The notes under the pieces are model-generated. The model was not told the DNA's origin. It was given only the letters and a program-made list of their open reading frames with translations, and ran no database searches. Below, piece by piece: positions 39,488 to 48,960 of a stretch of DNA of 64,000 nucleotides. Within the stretch, counting starts at the first letter, position 1, and every line of letters starts with the position of its first letter. Position numbers and translations under genes: made by a program. Source of the stretch: a virus (lineage: Duplodnaviria; Caudoviricetes); IMG/VR virus record IMGVR_UViG_3300032030_000007, positions 128,001-192,000 of that record; one strand, 5' to 3'.

Positions 39488-39811
39488 CATATATAAAACT
39501 TCTTTACCGTATGTTTCTGCTGTAAATTTCTCAACCTTACAGCCCTTTGAATTTTCCCAACCAGGACACATAAGTATTGCATCACATAATATAACTTGTT
39601 CAATATCTTTACCCATATAGTATGCAGTACGTTCAATTTCAAGATGATTACCTAATGCTTCATTATCAATATGATTAGAATCTATTGGAGATACCCATTC
39701 ATATTTTCTATATTTTCTTTGAAGATATTCTTTAGCTTTATTATTTCTATCATAAACAGTATCTTCCTGAAATGCTATAGGTAATGATATATAAATTTTC
39801 TTTTTATTCAT
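39476..39811 (-). CDS. DUF4406 / nucleoside 2-deoxyribosyltransferase-like protein
   Basis: IYISLPI, MGKDI..V..CDAILMCPGWENSKGCKVE...A..YGK.V. Confidence 0.8.
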   Translation of the reverse strand: MNKKKIYISLPIAFQEDTVYDRNNKAKEYLQRKYRKYEWVSPIDSNHIDNEALGNHLEIERTAYYMGKDIEQVILCDAILMCPGWENSKGCKVEKFTAETYGKEVLYMKGD

Positions 39812-39840
39812 AATTATAATTATTACATAATGAAATTACA

Positions 39841-40602
39841 TTAATGTTTAACATCTGTACTTCCAAATCCTGAGTCTCCTCTTTGAGAATTTTCCATTAT
39901 CTTATTATATTCGTCTTCTTTAGAATTTTCATAAACAGTATGAATAATAGGAATAAGCATCATCTGAACTAATTTATCTCCGCAATAAACAATATTCTGT
40001 CCTTCTGTATATAAATCTTTTGTATAAGATTGTGAAAGGTGAACAAATCCTGCATAATCTTCATCGACCAAACATGCACGAACATCCCATCCTCTATTTC
40101 CACATCCTGACTTATTTACATATAATCCTGCAATTCCAAAACCTAATAATTCTAACATTTGACGTAAATTTTCAGTATTAGGTCCTTTATCATTCCATGC
40201 TGTTGGTAATGCTACTTTAATTCCTGAATTAATAAATAATGTATCGTTAAGTTTTAAAGCAACTCCAACTACTTTTTTCTTTCTATCATAAACTGCAAAA
40301 TTATTTATAAAATATTTAACTGCAGAATAAATTGAACCAGTTTTTGCTGCTTCTAAATGCTTATCATATGTTGCTAAAAATAAATGAGTTAAATTAGCAG
40401 CTTGTTCTTTAACTTCATATTGCTTAATAAATTCTTGATAAATTGTGTTTATCTGTTCAGTAGATTTTCCGTAAGATTTTTCAAATGCTTTTAACGCAAG
40501 ATTAATTTGTTCTTCTGTTTTCAAATTAGGAATATAATAATCAGATCCTGCTGATGTAAATGAATTTGTTGGTGTTATTCCAAATGCATTATAAATTTTC
40601 AT
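39841..40602 (-). CDS. dut: trimeric dUTPase with large insertion
   Basis: Motifs SAGSD, NKSG, VDEDYAG, GDKLVQ, RGDSGFGST. Confidence 0.85.
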   Translation of the reverse strand: MKIYNAFGITPTNSFTSAGSDYYIPNLKTEEQINLALKAFEKSYGKSTEQINTIYQEFIKQYEVKEQAANLTHLFLATYDKHLEAAKTGSIYSAVKYFINNFAVYDRKKKVVGVALKLNDTLFINSGIKVALPTAWNDKGPNTENLRQMLELLGFGIAGLYVNKSGCGNRGWDVRACLVDEDYAGFVHLSQSYTKDLYTEGQNIVYCGDKLVQMMLIPIIHTVYENSKEDEYNKIMENSQRGDSGFGSTDVKH

Positions 40603-40632
40603 TAATTATTTAATATCATATATTTATAAAAC

Positions 40633-40679
40633 AAAATAGTTTACATATTGAATACTTTTCAAAATATGTAAACTATTTT
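40633..40679 (-). promoter_or_regulatory. Inverted repeat containing promoter TTGAA-N18-CTATTTT (terminator-promoter cassette)
   Basis: 17-bp arms AAAATAGTTTACATATT/AATATGTAAACTATTTT. Confidence 0.7.
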
Positions 40680-40700
40680 TTTACAAGAACAAACCATTAT

Positions 40701-41189
40701 TTAACGATTGTAGTTCTTAGGATTTTTTCCTTCAGCAATAATTTCCTGACGTGTCTTAATAAATTCAAGGTTCATATTTGCAAGATAATTCTCTACAATA
40801 TTCTTAAATCTGCGATATGTAAACTTACCTCGAATTTCAATAACCATAATAGGATTTTCTATTGCATTAACCATTGCAATTTCGTATCCTAATTGCTTAT
40901 TTATTTTTGTATCACAAGGATGCTGCTTAGACATTCCAACAAATAATACATACTTATTATTTTTGTTTGTCTTAATTGGACCTTTTTCTCTTGGCCAATA
41001 TCCTTCTCCTTCAATACCTACTTTATATAAGTTACCAACAAATGCTACAGCCTGCAATGTTCCGTACTTATCATATTTTCTACCATTAATACTTACCTCC
41101 GTACATACATCCCTATTCTGGGTTGCTGTTGTATATTCGAAAGTGTTAACTAACTCTTTAAAACCAAAATTATTTGTATTAAATTCCAT
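40701..41189 (-). CDS. hypothetical protein
   Basis: 162-aa ORF with own promoter. Confidence 0.75.
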   Translation of the reverse strand: MEFNTNNFGFKELVNTFEYTTATQNRDVCTEVSINGRKYDKYGTLQAVAFVGNLYKVGIEGEGYWPREKGPIKTNKNNKYVLFVGMSKQHPCDTKINKQLGYEIAMVNAIENPIMVIEIRGKFTYRRFKNIVENYLANMNLEFIKTRQEIIAEGKNPKNYNR

Positions 41190-41234
41190 TTTTAAATTTT
41201 TTAGAGGTTATTATATTACAATTAATATAATGTT

Positions 41235-41263
41235 AAAATAGTTTAAAACATTTATATGTTCAA
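41235..41263 (-). promoter_or_regulatory. Phage promoter TTGAA-N17-CTATTTT
   Basis: Motif match. Confidence 0.65.
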
Positions 41264-41267
41264 TAAA

Positions 41268-41744
41268 TTAATAAAAAGTTTTTACATTTTTATAATATCG
41301 TTCTTTACACATACTAATATCATCTTCTATAACAGGATCTTGAACAATATACTTATATGTAAAGCCTTCTACAGTTTTCATATCATATTGTTGTTCTTCA
41401 ATTGCTGTTTCTATTTCATCATCAAAATATGTACACAAGAATTTTGATAATCCATCACTCCAAACAGTAAGATCAAATGATTCTACATAAAATTTATCTT
41501 CTAAATCTAAAAGTGTATCTTCATCTTCTATTGGTAGTGTATCAAATAAAAATGTACATAAAGCATCAATAGAAACAAATGCAAAATGGCTATTTCTATA
41601 ATATGGAATACAATGATTCCATGGTTTCATATTCTTAAAAAGCTCATTAATATAAATTTCACCAGGTGATTCATTGTATGGATATGGTAATCCAAATACT
41701 AATTCTCCATCATATTCTTTGTGTTTTAATTTATAAACTTTCAT
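41268..41744 (-). CDS. hypothetical protein
   Basis: 158-aa ORF. Confidence 0.7.
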   Translation of the reverse strand: MKVYKLKHKEYDGELVFGLPYPYNESPGEIYINELFKNMKPWNHCIPYYRNSHFAFVSIDALCTFLFDTLPIEDEDTLLDLEDKFYVESFDLTVWSDGLSKFLCTYFDDEIETAIEEQQYDMKTVEGFTYKYIVQDPVIEDDISMCKERYYKNVKTFY

Positions 41745-42136
41745 ATATCTTCGTTTTTATTATTTTCTATAGCTGGTGTACATTTTGTCCAAAATCCAAA
41801 TAAATCTAATTGATCTTCCAATGTTAATTTAGATACATCATAAACATCATTTATTGAATGAATCTTAACGATTTCCCCATCACAATCAAATATATAGTAA
41901 AAGGCAACTCCATTTTTAAATTCAGAATCATATTCAACTTTAACAAATTTACCAACTTTCATTGGCATTGTATGCATAACTGAATAATGAACATACTGAA
42001 CATTATGATCTGGGAATCTGTATAAATCTCCGACCTTTGGGTCAGGTCGATTATATATATCTTCCCAAAGATTTATTAAATATGGACTGTTAATGTTAAT
42101 AAAATTATAAAATTCTTTATAGTCTTTTAATTTCAT
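41741..42136 (-). CDS. hypothetical protein
   Basis: 131-aa ORF. Confidence 0.7.
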   Translation of the reverse strand: MKLKDYKEFYNFININSPYLINLWEDIYNRPDPKVGDLYRFPDHNVQYVHYSVMHTMPMKVGKFVKVEYDSEFKNGVAFYYIFDCDGEIVKIHSINDVYDVSKLTLEDQLDLFGFWTKCTPAIENNKNEDI

Positions 42137-42198
42137 TATTAATTAAATTTAATGATTATATAAATAAATATAGATTACTACAAAAAATATTACAAACA

Positions 42199-42220
42199 AA
42201 GGGTAGCTTTAACTACCCTT
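42199..42220 (-). terminator. Terminator closing the head-protein cluster
   Basis: AAGGGTAG-6nt-CTACCCTT. Confidence 0.7.
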
Positions 42221-42243
42221 TATTCTATAAATCATATTAAATT

Positions 42244-42441
42244 TTATTTTTCAATATTTGATTTTGGTTCTTTCTTATATGTTGCTTTATTATCTGCGCA
42301 TTCTTTATTCAATTTTTCAACCTCTGCTTTAGCATCATCTTCAGAATCAAAATAATTTGTCATAGTACCGTCGCCCATATAAACAACGAATACTTGATTT
42401 TCGTTTTCTTTTTCTAAAACAAATTCTTCTAATGATTTCAT
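42244..42441 (-). CDS. putative internal head protein (CTS-like leader)
   Basis: MKSLEEFVLE leader. Confidence 0.6.
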   Translation of the reverse strand: MKSLEEFVLEKENENQVFVVYMGDGTMTNYFDSEDDAKAEVEKLNKECADNKATYKKEPKSNIEK

Positions 42442-42465
42442 ATATGTCGTTCTATATATATTATC

Positions 42466-42774
42466 TTATGCTAATGTTTTCAAAATATCATCTAAATAAC
42501 ACCATCTATCTTCAGCTTTAAGTTTTTTCCTATTTCCTTTAAAACTAATTTCACCATCATTAAAATATTCACAAATTGCTACATTTTTATAAACATCTAA
42601 AGTATAATGATGACGTCTATTTATTTTTCCATCTAGGATAACAAATAACATTGTAATTTTATTATCTTTTCTAGATCCTGGTTCATTAAATTTTGATTCT
42701 TTTGGCAAATCATCTCCAGTATGCCAAATTATATTATCTAATGATTCATTAATTTTTGCTATTATATCTTTCAT
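42466..42774 (-). CDS. putative internal head protein (CTS-like leader)
   Basis: MKDIIAKINE-S leader. Confidence 0.6.
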   Translation of the reverse strand: MKDIIAKINESLDNIIWHTGDDLPKESKFNEPGSRKDNKITMLFVILDGKINRRHHYTLDVYKNVAICEYFNDGEISFKGNRKKLKAEDRWCYLDDILKTLA

Positions 42775-42795
42775 AATTTGATTTTAATATTTTTT

Positions 42796-43845
42796 TTATA
42801 ATAAGTCTGAGTCATCACCTCTTGAAGAATCATCTTCATCTTCTTCAGGTTTGTCTTTATCTTTTTTATTTTCTTTATCATTATCTTTGTTTTTGTCTTT
42901 ATCATCTGAATCTTTATCATCCTCATTGTCTTTATCATCTTCATCTTCTTTACGTTCTTTACGTTCACCATCTAATTTGAAGATAGAAGGATCATCTGTT
43001 TCTTTTGCTTCTAGCATATCAAGAACAGATTCAATAAGTTTCTTCACTTCATCAGGTAATTGTACAATAGAATCTTTTGCAAAATCTTGCACCCAGATTC
43101 CTTCATCACCCTTTCCAAAGATATGCATGATTGATCTTACATTTTCAGTAGTTTCACCACCAGGAAGAGTTTTAGTAAATTTCCAACGTAATGCTATTGC
43201 TTCTTTACCACTTTTAAACTTAATAGCAGCGAAATAATATTCACGAGGAAGACTTATTTGTTTAGATACCAATAATTCCAATTCTTTAGCAGCTTTAACT
43301 TTATCGTCAGACCCAATAAGTTCTAAAACTTTCTTTAATGTTATATCCTGCACTTCCTCTTCTTCATCTTCTTTAATTATTGAAGTCATTTCAAATTCAC
43401 TAAGTAAAGATTCTTGTGCTTCTTGTGGGAATGATGCAGCGTACATCTTAATAGGATCTTGAGCTTGTTTCATATCATCTGGTGAAAAATAAACAATAAG
43501 ATATCCACCGATATTGATCTTAGTTACTTTTGGAAGACCTTGTGATATTATATATGAATATAAACTTGATTGCTGATAATTAACATCATTATATAAACAT
43601 GTATATAATAATTCATTAGTCTTCATATCATTAATGAATCTTGAACTAGTCAACTTAATTGAGCAACCATCTTCGCCTTCATCAGCAACTATACCGAGAT
43701 GAACACAATATAAATTTCTAATGTTTGTCAATATATTCTGAATTGGTGTGTAATGATTAGTAACACCAGTCTTAATTAATGCATTACCTGGCTGTTGATT
43801 AGATGTAGCGCAAGCTTCATTTATTACATTACTTAATCTTTTCAT
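42796..43845 (-). CDS. putative internal head/core protein with acidic low-complexity tail
   Basis: MKRLSNVINE-A leader, D/E/K-rich C-terminus. Confidence 0.6.
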   Translation of the reverse strand: MKRLSNVINEACATSNQQPGNALIKTGVTNHYTPIQNILTNIRNLYCVHLGIVADEGEDGCSIKLTSSRFINDMKTNELLYTCLYNDVNYQQSSLYSYIISQGLPKVTKINIGGYLIVYFSPDDMKQAQDPIKMYAASFPQEAQESLLSEFEMTSIIKEDEEEEVQDITLKKVLELIGSDDKVKAAKELELLVSKQISLPREYYFAAIKFKSGKEAIALRWKFTKTLPGGETTENVRSIMHIFGKGDEGIWVQDFAKDSIVQLPDEVKKLIESVLDMLEAKETDDPSIFKLDGERKERKEDEDDKDNEDDKDSDDKDKNKDNDKENKKDKDKPEEDEDDSSRGDDSDLL

Positions 43846-43908
43846 TATATTAATGTTTTAATTTTATTTATCTTTATATTTTAAAAATAAAATTTAATAT
43901 TCTTTTAT

Positions 43909-44574
43909 TTAAAATTGTCTCCAGAAATGCCATATTTGTTGTAAGGTCGCTTTACTAAACTTACCTTCTGTATAGAATGCAGTTGGCAATAATCTTGCAG
44001 GAATATTATATGTAATTCCTCTAAGTACTGGTATATACATCTTAGTTCCAAATGCTATCTTTTGGTTTGTCTTTAATAAATGCTTTAGCATTGAATATGA
44101 CATAATAGTATTTGGTTTTGAACTTGCTTCATTAAAATACTTTTCAAAATATGGTCTAAAATGAGTAAATACAAGTTCCATTATTTTTGCTCTTGTAAAT
44201 GGTGGATAATAATGTAAGTTAAGCATGCACTCACGAATATTTCCATCATCTGTTCTAAATATTCCAAAACTTATACAGAATGGATAATTATCATAATATT
44301 CAAGTTCTTCCTTAAATTTTGGTTGAGCATAATTAAATAAAACAACTTGTCCTGGTAAGATATATTTCTTATCAGGTCTAAGATTTCTTAATATCTCTTT
44401 ATATGCCAATTTAGAACGTATAGCAGTTGGCTTACGTGCTAATGGATGATTATTAATAGACTCATCTAGTCTAAAAGATTTAATTTCTTCATCAGTATAA
44501 ATCTTTTTACTTAATTCTTTTAAATTAAATACATGACCTAATGTAGTTTGTTCTGGTTTATGTATAATTGGCAT
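43909..44574 (-). CDS. T4 gp2-like DNA end protector protein
   Basis: PGQ..LFNY..PKFKEEL.YYD.YP...LNLHY.PP..R...K.Y. Confidence 0.8.
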   Translation of the reverse strand: MPIIHKPEQTTLGHVFNLKELSKKIYTDEEIKSFRLDESINNHPLARKPTAIRSKLAYKEILRNLRPDKKYILPGQVVLFNYAQPKFKEELEYYDNYPFCISFGIFRTDDGNIRECMLNLHYYPPFTRAKIMELVFTHFRPYFEKYFNEASSKPNTIMSYSMLKHLLKTNQKIAFGTKMYIPVLRGITYNIPARLLPTAFYTEGKFSKATLQQIWHFWRQF

Positions 44575-44594
44575 ATATTCTTACTTATAAGTTA

Positions 44595-44930
44595 TTATAT
44601 TTTTTCGTATATATTACTTAAATCATAATCAAGATCATTTTCTCCTATCAAATAAATTACTTTTTTAATAAGTTCTAAATCATCTTTAATTATGTTTCTA
44701 TTAATCTTAGGATATGTTTGTTTATCATCAAGACAATCATATAAATCACTCAATTGCTTAAGTTCATCTTCAGATAATTCTTTTTTGACTGTTTCAAAAT
44801 TTTTAATGTCATCAATATCTCCTAAGTCACCTGTTATATATCCTATGCATTCTACTAATGAATTTCTTTCATCATCAGTTAATGTAAAATACTTTGATTT
44901 CTCAAAAATAAATCTACTTATGTTTTTCAT
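44595..44930 (-). CDS. putative internal head protein (CTS-like leader)
   Basis: MKNISRFIFE-K leader. Confidence 0.6.
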   Translation of the reverse strand: MKNISRFIFEKSKYFTLTDDERNSLVECIGYITGDLGDIDDIKNFETVKKELSEDELKQLSDLYDCLDDKQTYPKINRNIIKDDLELIKKVIYLIGENDLDYDLSNIYEKI

Positions 44931-44933
44931 ATC

Positions 44934-45233
44934 TTAATCTTCAAATACATTGAAATTTTTTAATTTTACTTTACCTGCAACTCTATCTTCCACGTAAAGT
45001 TCAACAGTATATTTAGAATCCATGTATTCTCCATAGAATATCATTTTATCTTCATCTTGATTCTGATTATCAAAATCAAAACCTAACTTATACATAGCAT
45101 CTATAATGTCATTAACTTTTGACATCTTAAATCCGTTTCTTATATTACCGAATTCTTTTAATGCTAAACCAACTTCTTCATGAAGGTCTTCATCTTGAGT
45201 TGATTCTAATATAAAATTTTTAATATCTTTCAT
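44934..45233 (-). CDS. putative internal head protein (CTS-like leader)
   Basis: MKDIKNFILE-S leader. Confidence 0.6.
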   Translation of the reverse strand: MKDIKNFILESTQDEDLHEEVGLALKEFGNIRNGFKMSKVNDIIDAMYKLGFDFDNQNQDEDKMIFYGEYMDSKYTVELYVEDRVAGKVKLKNFNVFED

Positions 45234-45234
45234 A

Positions 45235-45477
45235 TTAATAAATTTCTTTATTTAAATCTTTTAATGTTTTTTCTATAAAATCCATACATCTTTTTTGAAA
45301 TTTTGGATCTTCATTAGGATATTTTTCCATACCTTCTTTAACCCCTTCAATAAAATGAGTAAGAACATTTCCACAAAATTCAGAACCCCATTCACTTATC
45401 CAAGTTCTCCCATAATTTTTAATGCTATCAGAAGATGTACGAGATTCCTTTATTAAAGTATCTTTTAAGTCTTTCAT
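45235..45477 (-). CDS. putative internal head protein (CTS-like leader)
   Basis: MKDLKDTLIKE-S leader. Confidence 0.55.
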   Translation of the reverse strand: MKDLKDTLIKESRTSSDSIKNYGRTWISEWGSEFCGNVLTHFIEGVKEGMEKYPNEDPKFQKRCMDFIEKTLKDLNKEIY

Positions 45478-45548
45478 TATTTATAAACATATTTTTTTAA
45501 ATGCATCAATTAAATCCCATTGTTCACTAACATTAATTAAATAACTTT

Positions 45549-45773
45549 TTAATAGTTTTCATATTTATTATATTTTTTAATTCCTACATGCCAGCTTCCA
45601 CAAACCTTGCAAATATATGATGTGTATTTATACATTTTATATGTTTTAATCCAATTATCTGCTTCTTCTTGTGAATTGAATTTTTTCTTAGGTTTCCATT
45701 CACCATTTTTTCTGGCGTAATGTTCTCTTTTAATTGTATGCTTATTGCAATCAGATCTTGGTTTTGTAATCAA
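45549..45773 (-). CDS. small zinc-finger protein
   Basis: K.KF.S.EEA...Y.CKVCGSWHVG. Confidence 0.7.
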   Translation of the reverse strand: MITKPRSDCNKHTIKREHYARKNGEWKPKKKFNSQEEADNWIKTYKMYKYTSYICKVCGSWHVGIKKYNKYENY

Positions 45774-45833
45774 AATTTATTAAAAATATATTTGGTATTC
45801 ATTTATTTAACCTCTATATATTCTTATTTTAAT

Positions 45834-46259
45834 TTAATATCCTATACAACAAGACATATCGTACATATCAAATGGATCTTGTACTGTTCCTGCAGCATGA
45901 CAATTAAGTGTTCCAACCATAAATGGATCTTCTGCTCCCTTTACATAGATTTCAACTTTGTATTGTTTCCATTGTGACATACCATCTTTTGATTTACGAT
46001 ATCCGCCATTATCAGGAGAAATAGATACTTCATATTCATGTGGTGCATTTTTTATTGTCTTAAATGCATCTTCAATATCTTTTTTAACTAAACCAACACC
46101 TTCCCAAGCATCATCATGGTAAAATTTACCTGTTGTACCTGTCTTTTCAAGTTGTTTGTATATTGCATTTTGAACCTTTTTCTTTTCAGGTGCTTTAATT
46201 GATTGATCTAATACACCATCTGAATATGATTCATTAAGTATATCTTTTAAGTTTTTCAT
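45834..46259 (-). CDS. putative internal head protein (CTS-like leader)
   Basis: Start moved to ATG 46259, giving MKNLKDILNE-S. C-terminal AAGTVQDPFDMYD. Confidence 0.6.
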   Translation of the reverse strand: MKNLKDILNESYSDGVLDQSIKAPEKKKVQNAIYKQLEKTGTTGKFYHDDAWEGVGLVKKDIEDAFKTIKNAPHEYEVSISPDNGGYRKSKDGMSQWKQYKVEIYVKGAEDPFMVGTLNCHAAGTVQDPFDMYDMSCCIGY

Positions 46260-46261
46260 AT

Positions 46262-46567
46262 TTACCAAATTCTTATAATTGTAGAATTATCAATTTCAGT
46301 TGTATCACCAATTTTCAAATCATCAAGTTCAGAATAAAGACCTTCTTCAACACCAACAAATTCTTCATATTCTTTTGAAGAATTTAGTGCTTGAATACCA
46401 AAGAAATCATCTGATGAATTTATATAAATAAATCCTTTTTTAAATTTCTTTTGTCCATCTTGAATATTGAATGTATGATATTCGCCAACCTTTCCTACTT
46501 CATTTTGAACTTCAGAAAAAAGGCGACAATATTTACCTTCGTTTATTAATGTTTTTATATCTTTCAT
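46262..46567 (-). CDS. putative internal head protein (CTS-like leader)
   Basis: MKDIKTLINE-G leader. Confidence 0.6.
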   Translation of the reverse strand: MKDIKTLINEGKYCRLFSEVQNEVGKVGEYHTFNIQDGQKKFKKGFIYINSSDDFFGIQALNSSKEYEEFVGVEEGLYSELDDLKIGDTTEIDNSTIIRIW

Positions 46568-47019
46568 AATTTAGATATTATTTTATTTGCTACTATTAAT
46601 GGATTCAAATCTTGTATTAATTCAATATTATATTTATCACAAGTTAATTTTACATTATAATATCTATAAAATTTAGGAGTACAGAATACTACTATCTTTT
46701 TTGATTTTGCATATAATCCTAATTCAAGTAAACTTATAGGAGATTTTGAATCATCCAATAAAACCATAGCAATCATATCTGCTTTATCTAAATGATCCTG
46801 CTCCCATTTGATTTGTTTTACTAAATCATCTAATGTAGAATTAGAATTCCAATGTTCTCTACGTGGATTATAGATATCACAATCAAATCCAAGATTAATT
46901 AATTCAATAATTGTTTTATCTTGCCAATTTAATGAATCTCCATTATCAATTGTACCAGCTAAAAACACTGACTTATTTTTCGATTCTTGATTTTTTGTTT
47001 CAGGAGTTATGATTACCAT
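46564..47019 (-). CDS. nucleoside 2-deoxyribosyltransferase-like protein (Nuc_deoxyri_tr2)
   Basis: VFLAGTI...WQ, YNPRR..W, QIKWE..HL..AD, SPISLLELGL. Confidence 0.85.
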   Translation of the reverse strand: MVIITPETKNQESKNKSVFLAGTIDNGDSLNWQDKTIIELINLGFDCDIYNPRREHWNSNSTLDDLVKQIKWEQDHLDKADMIAMVLLDDSKSPISLLELGLYAKSKKIVVFCTPKFYRYYNVKLTCDKYNIELIQDLNPLIVANKIISKL

Positions 47020-47348
47020 TTAATTCTTTTGATCATCATTATATTTATAAGTTCCATTTCAATAGCATCAACAATCATTATAAGTTCATCATTTTCTTTT
47101 TCGTTTTTATAAAGATCTTCAAGAAGTTTTTTAGCAGCCTTACGCATATCAATTATATTATTCAAAACATCTTGTATTGAACCTTCATTATTCTTCCATT
47201 TGAAATATGAATCGAATGGCTTAAGCTTATCATTACTTTTCCATTCATCAATCATCTTCCTTTTAAATTCATCTTGCTTCTTAAAGAAATCGTCAACTTC
47301 ATTTTCATTAATGTTTGATGCTTTAATATGATCACTTAATTGTTTCAT
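47013..47348 (-). CDS. putative internal head protein (CTS-like leader variant)
   Basis: MKQLSDHIKASNINE leader. Confidence 0.5.
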   Translation of the reverse strand: MKQLSDHIKASNINENEVDDFFKKQDEFKRKMIDEWKSNDKLKPFDSYFKWKNNEGSIQDVLNNIIDMRKAAKKLLEDLYKNEKENDELIMIVDAIEMELINIMMIKRIKW

Positions 47349-47367
47349 ATATTATAATATAGTTATT

Positions 47368-48309
47368 TTATAGTTTATATTTCCTTGGCCACCAACTTCT
47401 TTTTGAAGTCATTTTAGTACCCATGAACATATTGTTTTTTGATCTAACTTTAGGTATGAACCATGAAGAAAGATTCTGATATATTTGTTTATTGTTTTTA
47501 AATATATTATCTATTGCTCCAACATTTTCTACATTCCATTTTGATATATCTTGGTTAAAGATAGAATCTTCAAACATGCTTTCCATATTAACTACATCTT
47601 TAGTAATCCAATTTGATATATCTTCATTGAATTTCTTTGTATGAGCAAACATAAATCCCATGCCATGTGCAGACATAGTATTCCATTTTTTCAAACCATC
47701 ACCTGTAAAGTTTTCACAATAACTAAACATACTTCCAAAATGTTTTACTTTACTTACGTTCCAATTTGATAAATCACTATTGAAATCTTTACAATATGAA
47801 AACATTCCTTGCATATCTGTTACTTTACTTACATCCCATTTTGAAAGATCATCATTAAAGTTAACACATTTTTGAAACATATAACGCATATTAACAATAT
47901 TACTTACATCCCAATTTGATATTCCATTTCCTCCTTTAAATCCAGATTCACTAAACATTAATCCTGCATTTTCAAGACTATCCAATTTCCAATTTGAAAA
48001 ATCAGTATTTTCACCAGTGAATTTTTGATCATTGTGAAACATCATATTCATATTCTTAACATTGCTAACATCCCAGTTTGATATGTTTCCATTGAATTCT
48101 GTTCTTGCAAATAAACTGCTCATATCAGTAATTTCTGATGTATCAATATCATTAAGGTTTGCTTCAACTCCACGTTTTTCAATTAATTTATTAACTAATT
48201 CTTTTAATTCTTCTTTATCTTGTGGATGATATTTTGATTTACTATTATCAACTTTTATATTCTTATTGATAATTAGTTTTTCGAACACAATATCTTTAAG
48301 ATTTTTCAT
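47368..48309 (-). CDS. DUF285/BspA-family repeat protein with CTS-like leader
   Basis: Repeats F..DLS.WDVS.V.DM..MF. MKNLKDIVFE-K leader, no signal peptide. Confidence 0.85.
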   Translation of the reverse strand: MKNLKDIVFEKLIINKNIKVDNSKSKYHPQDKEELKELVNKLIEKRGVEANLNDIDTSEITDMSSLFARTEFNGNISNWDVSNVKNMNMMFHNDQKFTGENTDFSNWKLDSLENAGLMFSESGFKGGNGISNWDVSNIVNMRYMFQKCVNFNDDLSKWDVSKVTDMQGMFSYCKDFNSDLSNWNVSKVKHFGSMFSYCENFTGDGLKKWNTMSAHGMGFMFAHTKKFNEDISNWITKDVVNMESMFEDSIFNQDISKWNVENVGAIDNIFKNNKQIYQNLSSWFIPKVRSKNNMFMGTKMTSKRSWWPRKYKL

Positions 48310-48318
48310 ATTATAATA

Positions 48319-48783
48319 TTATTCAAAAAATTTTTCTGTTACGATTATAAACTTTGCATTATTCTTATGAGCAAAATCATTAGCTGCTTTCCATTTGTCA
48401 CAGTTCTTAATCCAAGATTCTTTAAGCCATCTTGAATCTGTTGCTCCTGGTTTAATAGTCTGACAATATGGTTTAATCTCAACTATTATCTTATTATTAT
48501 CATTTGTTTCAATAACATAATCTGGATAATAGTCATGTTCTTTTTCATCTAATCTACAAGTGTATTTTATAGCAATAGGTTCTGAAGCCCATTTTTTAAT
48601 CTTAGGATTATTCTCACAAAATTGTATAAATTGTAATTCTAACCCAGAACGATATATAATAGGCTCTCCTTTCACAGATCTAAATAATTTATGACATAAA
48701 GATTCTGGTACGTACCCTTGATGATATCTACTATTCTTCTTAGGTTTATTATTCTTTATTTTATTTTCGTATATCTTGCTCAT
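48319..48783 (-). CDS. T4 gp4-like head completion nuclease (TnsA-type PD-(D/E)xK)
   Basis: YRSGLE..F..FC..NP.I..WASE...I.Y...H.YYPD...VEIKP..QT...N..KW.AA...F..VTE. Confidence 0.9.
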   Translation of the reverse strand: MSKIYENKIKNNKPKKNSRYHQGYVPESLCHKLFRSVKGEPIIYRSGLELQFIQFCENNPKIKKWASEPIAIKYTCRLDEKEHDYYPDYVIETNDNNKIIVEIKPYCQTIKPGATDSRWLKESWIKNCDKWKAANDFAHKNNAKFIIVTEKFFE

Positions 48784-48863
48784 ATCAAATACACTACTTT
48801 AATTTAATAAAAATATAATTTTTTCTATATTATTTTATAGATATTTTTATTTTTATAAAAAAT

Positions 48864-48960
48864 TACTACCAAGCGCGGTAGTATAGCAACTAGATTTTCA
48901 AGAGTCAAATGAAGTGATATTTGCACAGAAAGTTGTGTAAAGTTTTGGCTAAGTCGAGTT
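48864..48960 (+). promoter_or_regulatory. Structured 5' leader / candidate cis-regulatory RNA upstream of endolysin
   Basis: Hairpin TACTACC/GGTAGTA followed by nested stems AACT.GA/TC.AGTT, AGTCAAA/TTTGGCT, TTTGCACA/TGTGTAAA. Confidence 0.45.

Noticed and set aside
42771-43237. Overlapping ORFs 42771..42971 and 42851..43237
   Set aside because: Alternate-frame readings of the D/E/K low-complexity tail of 42796..43845.
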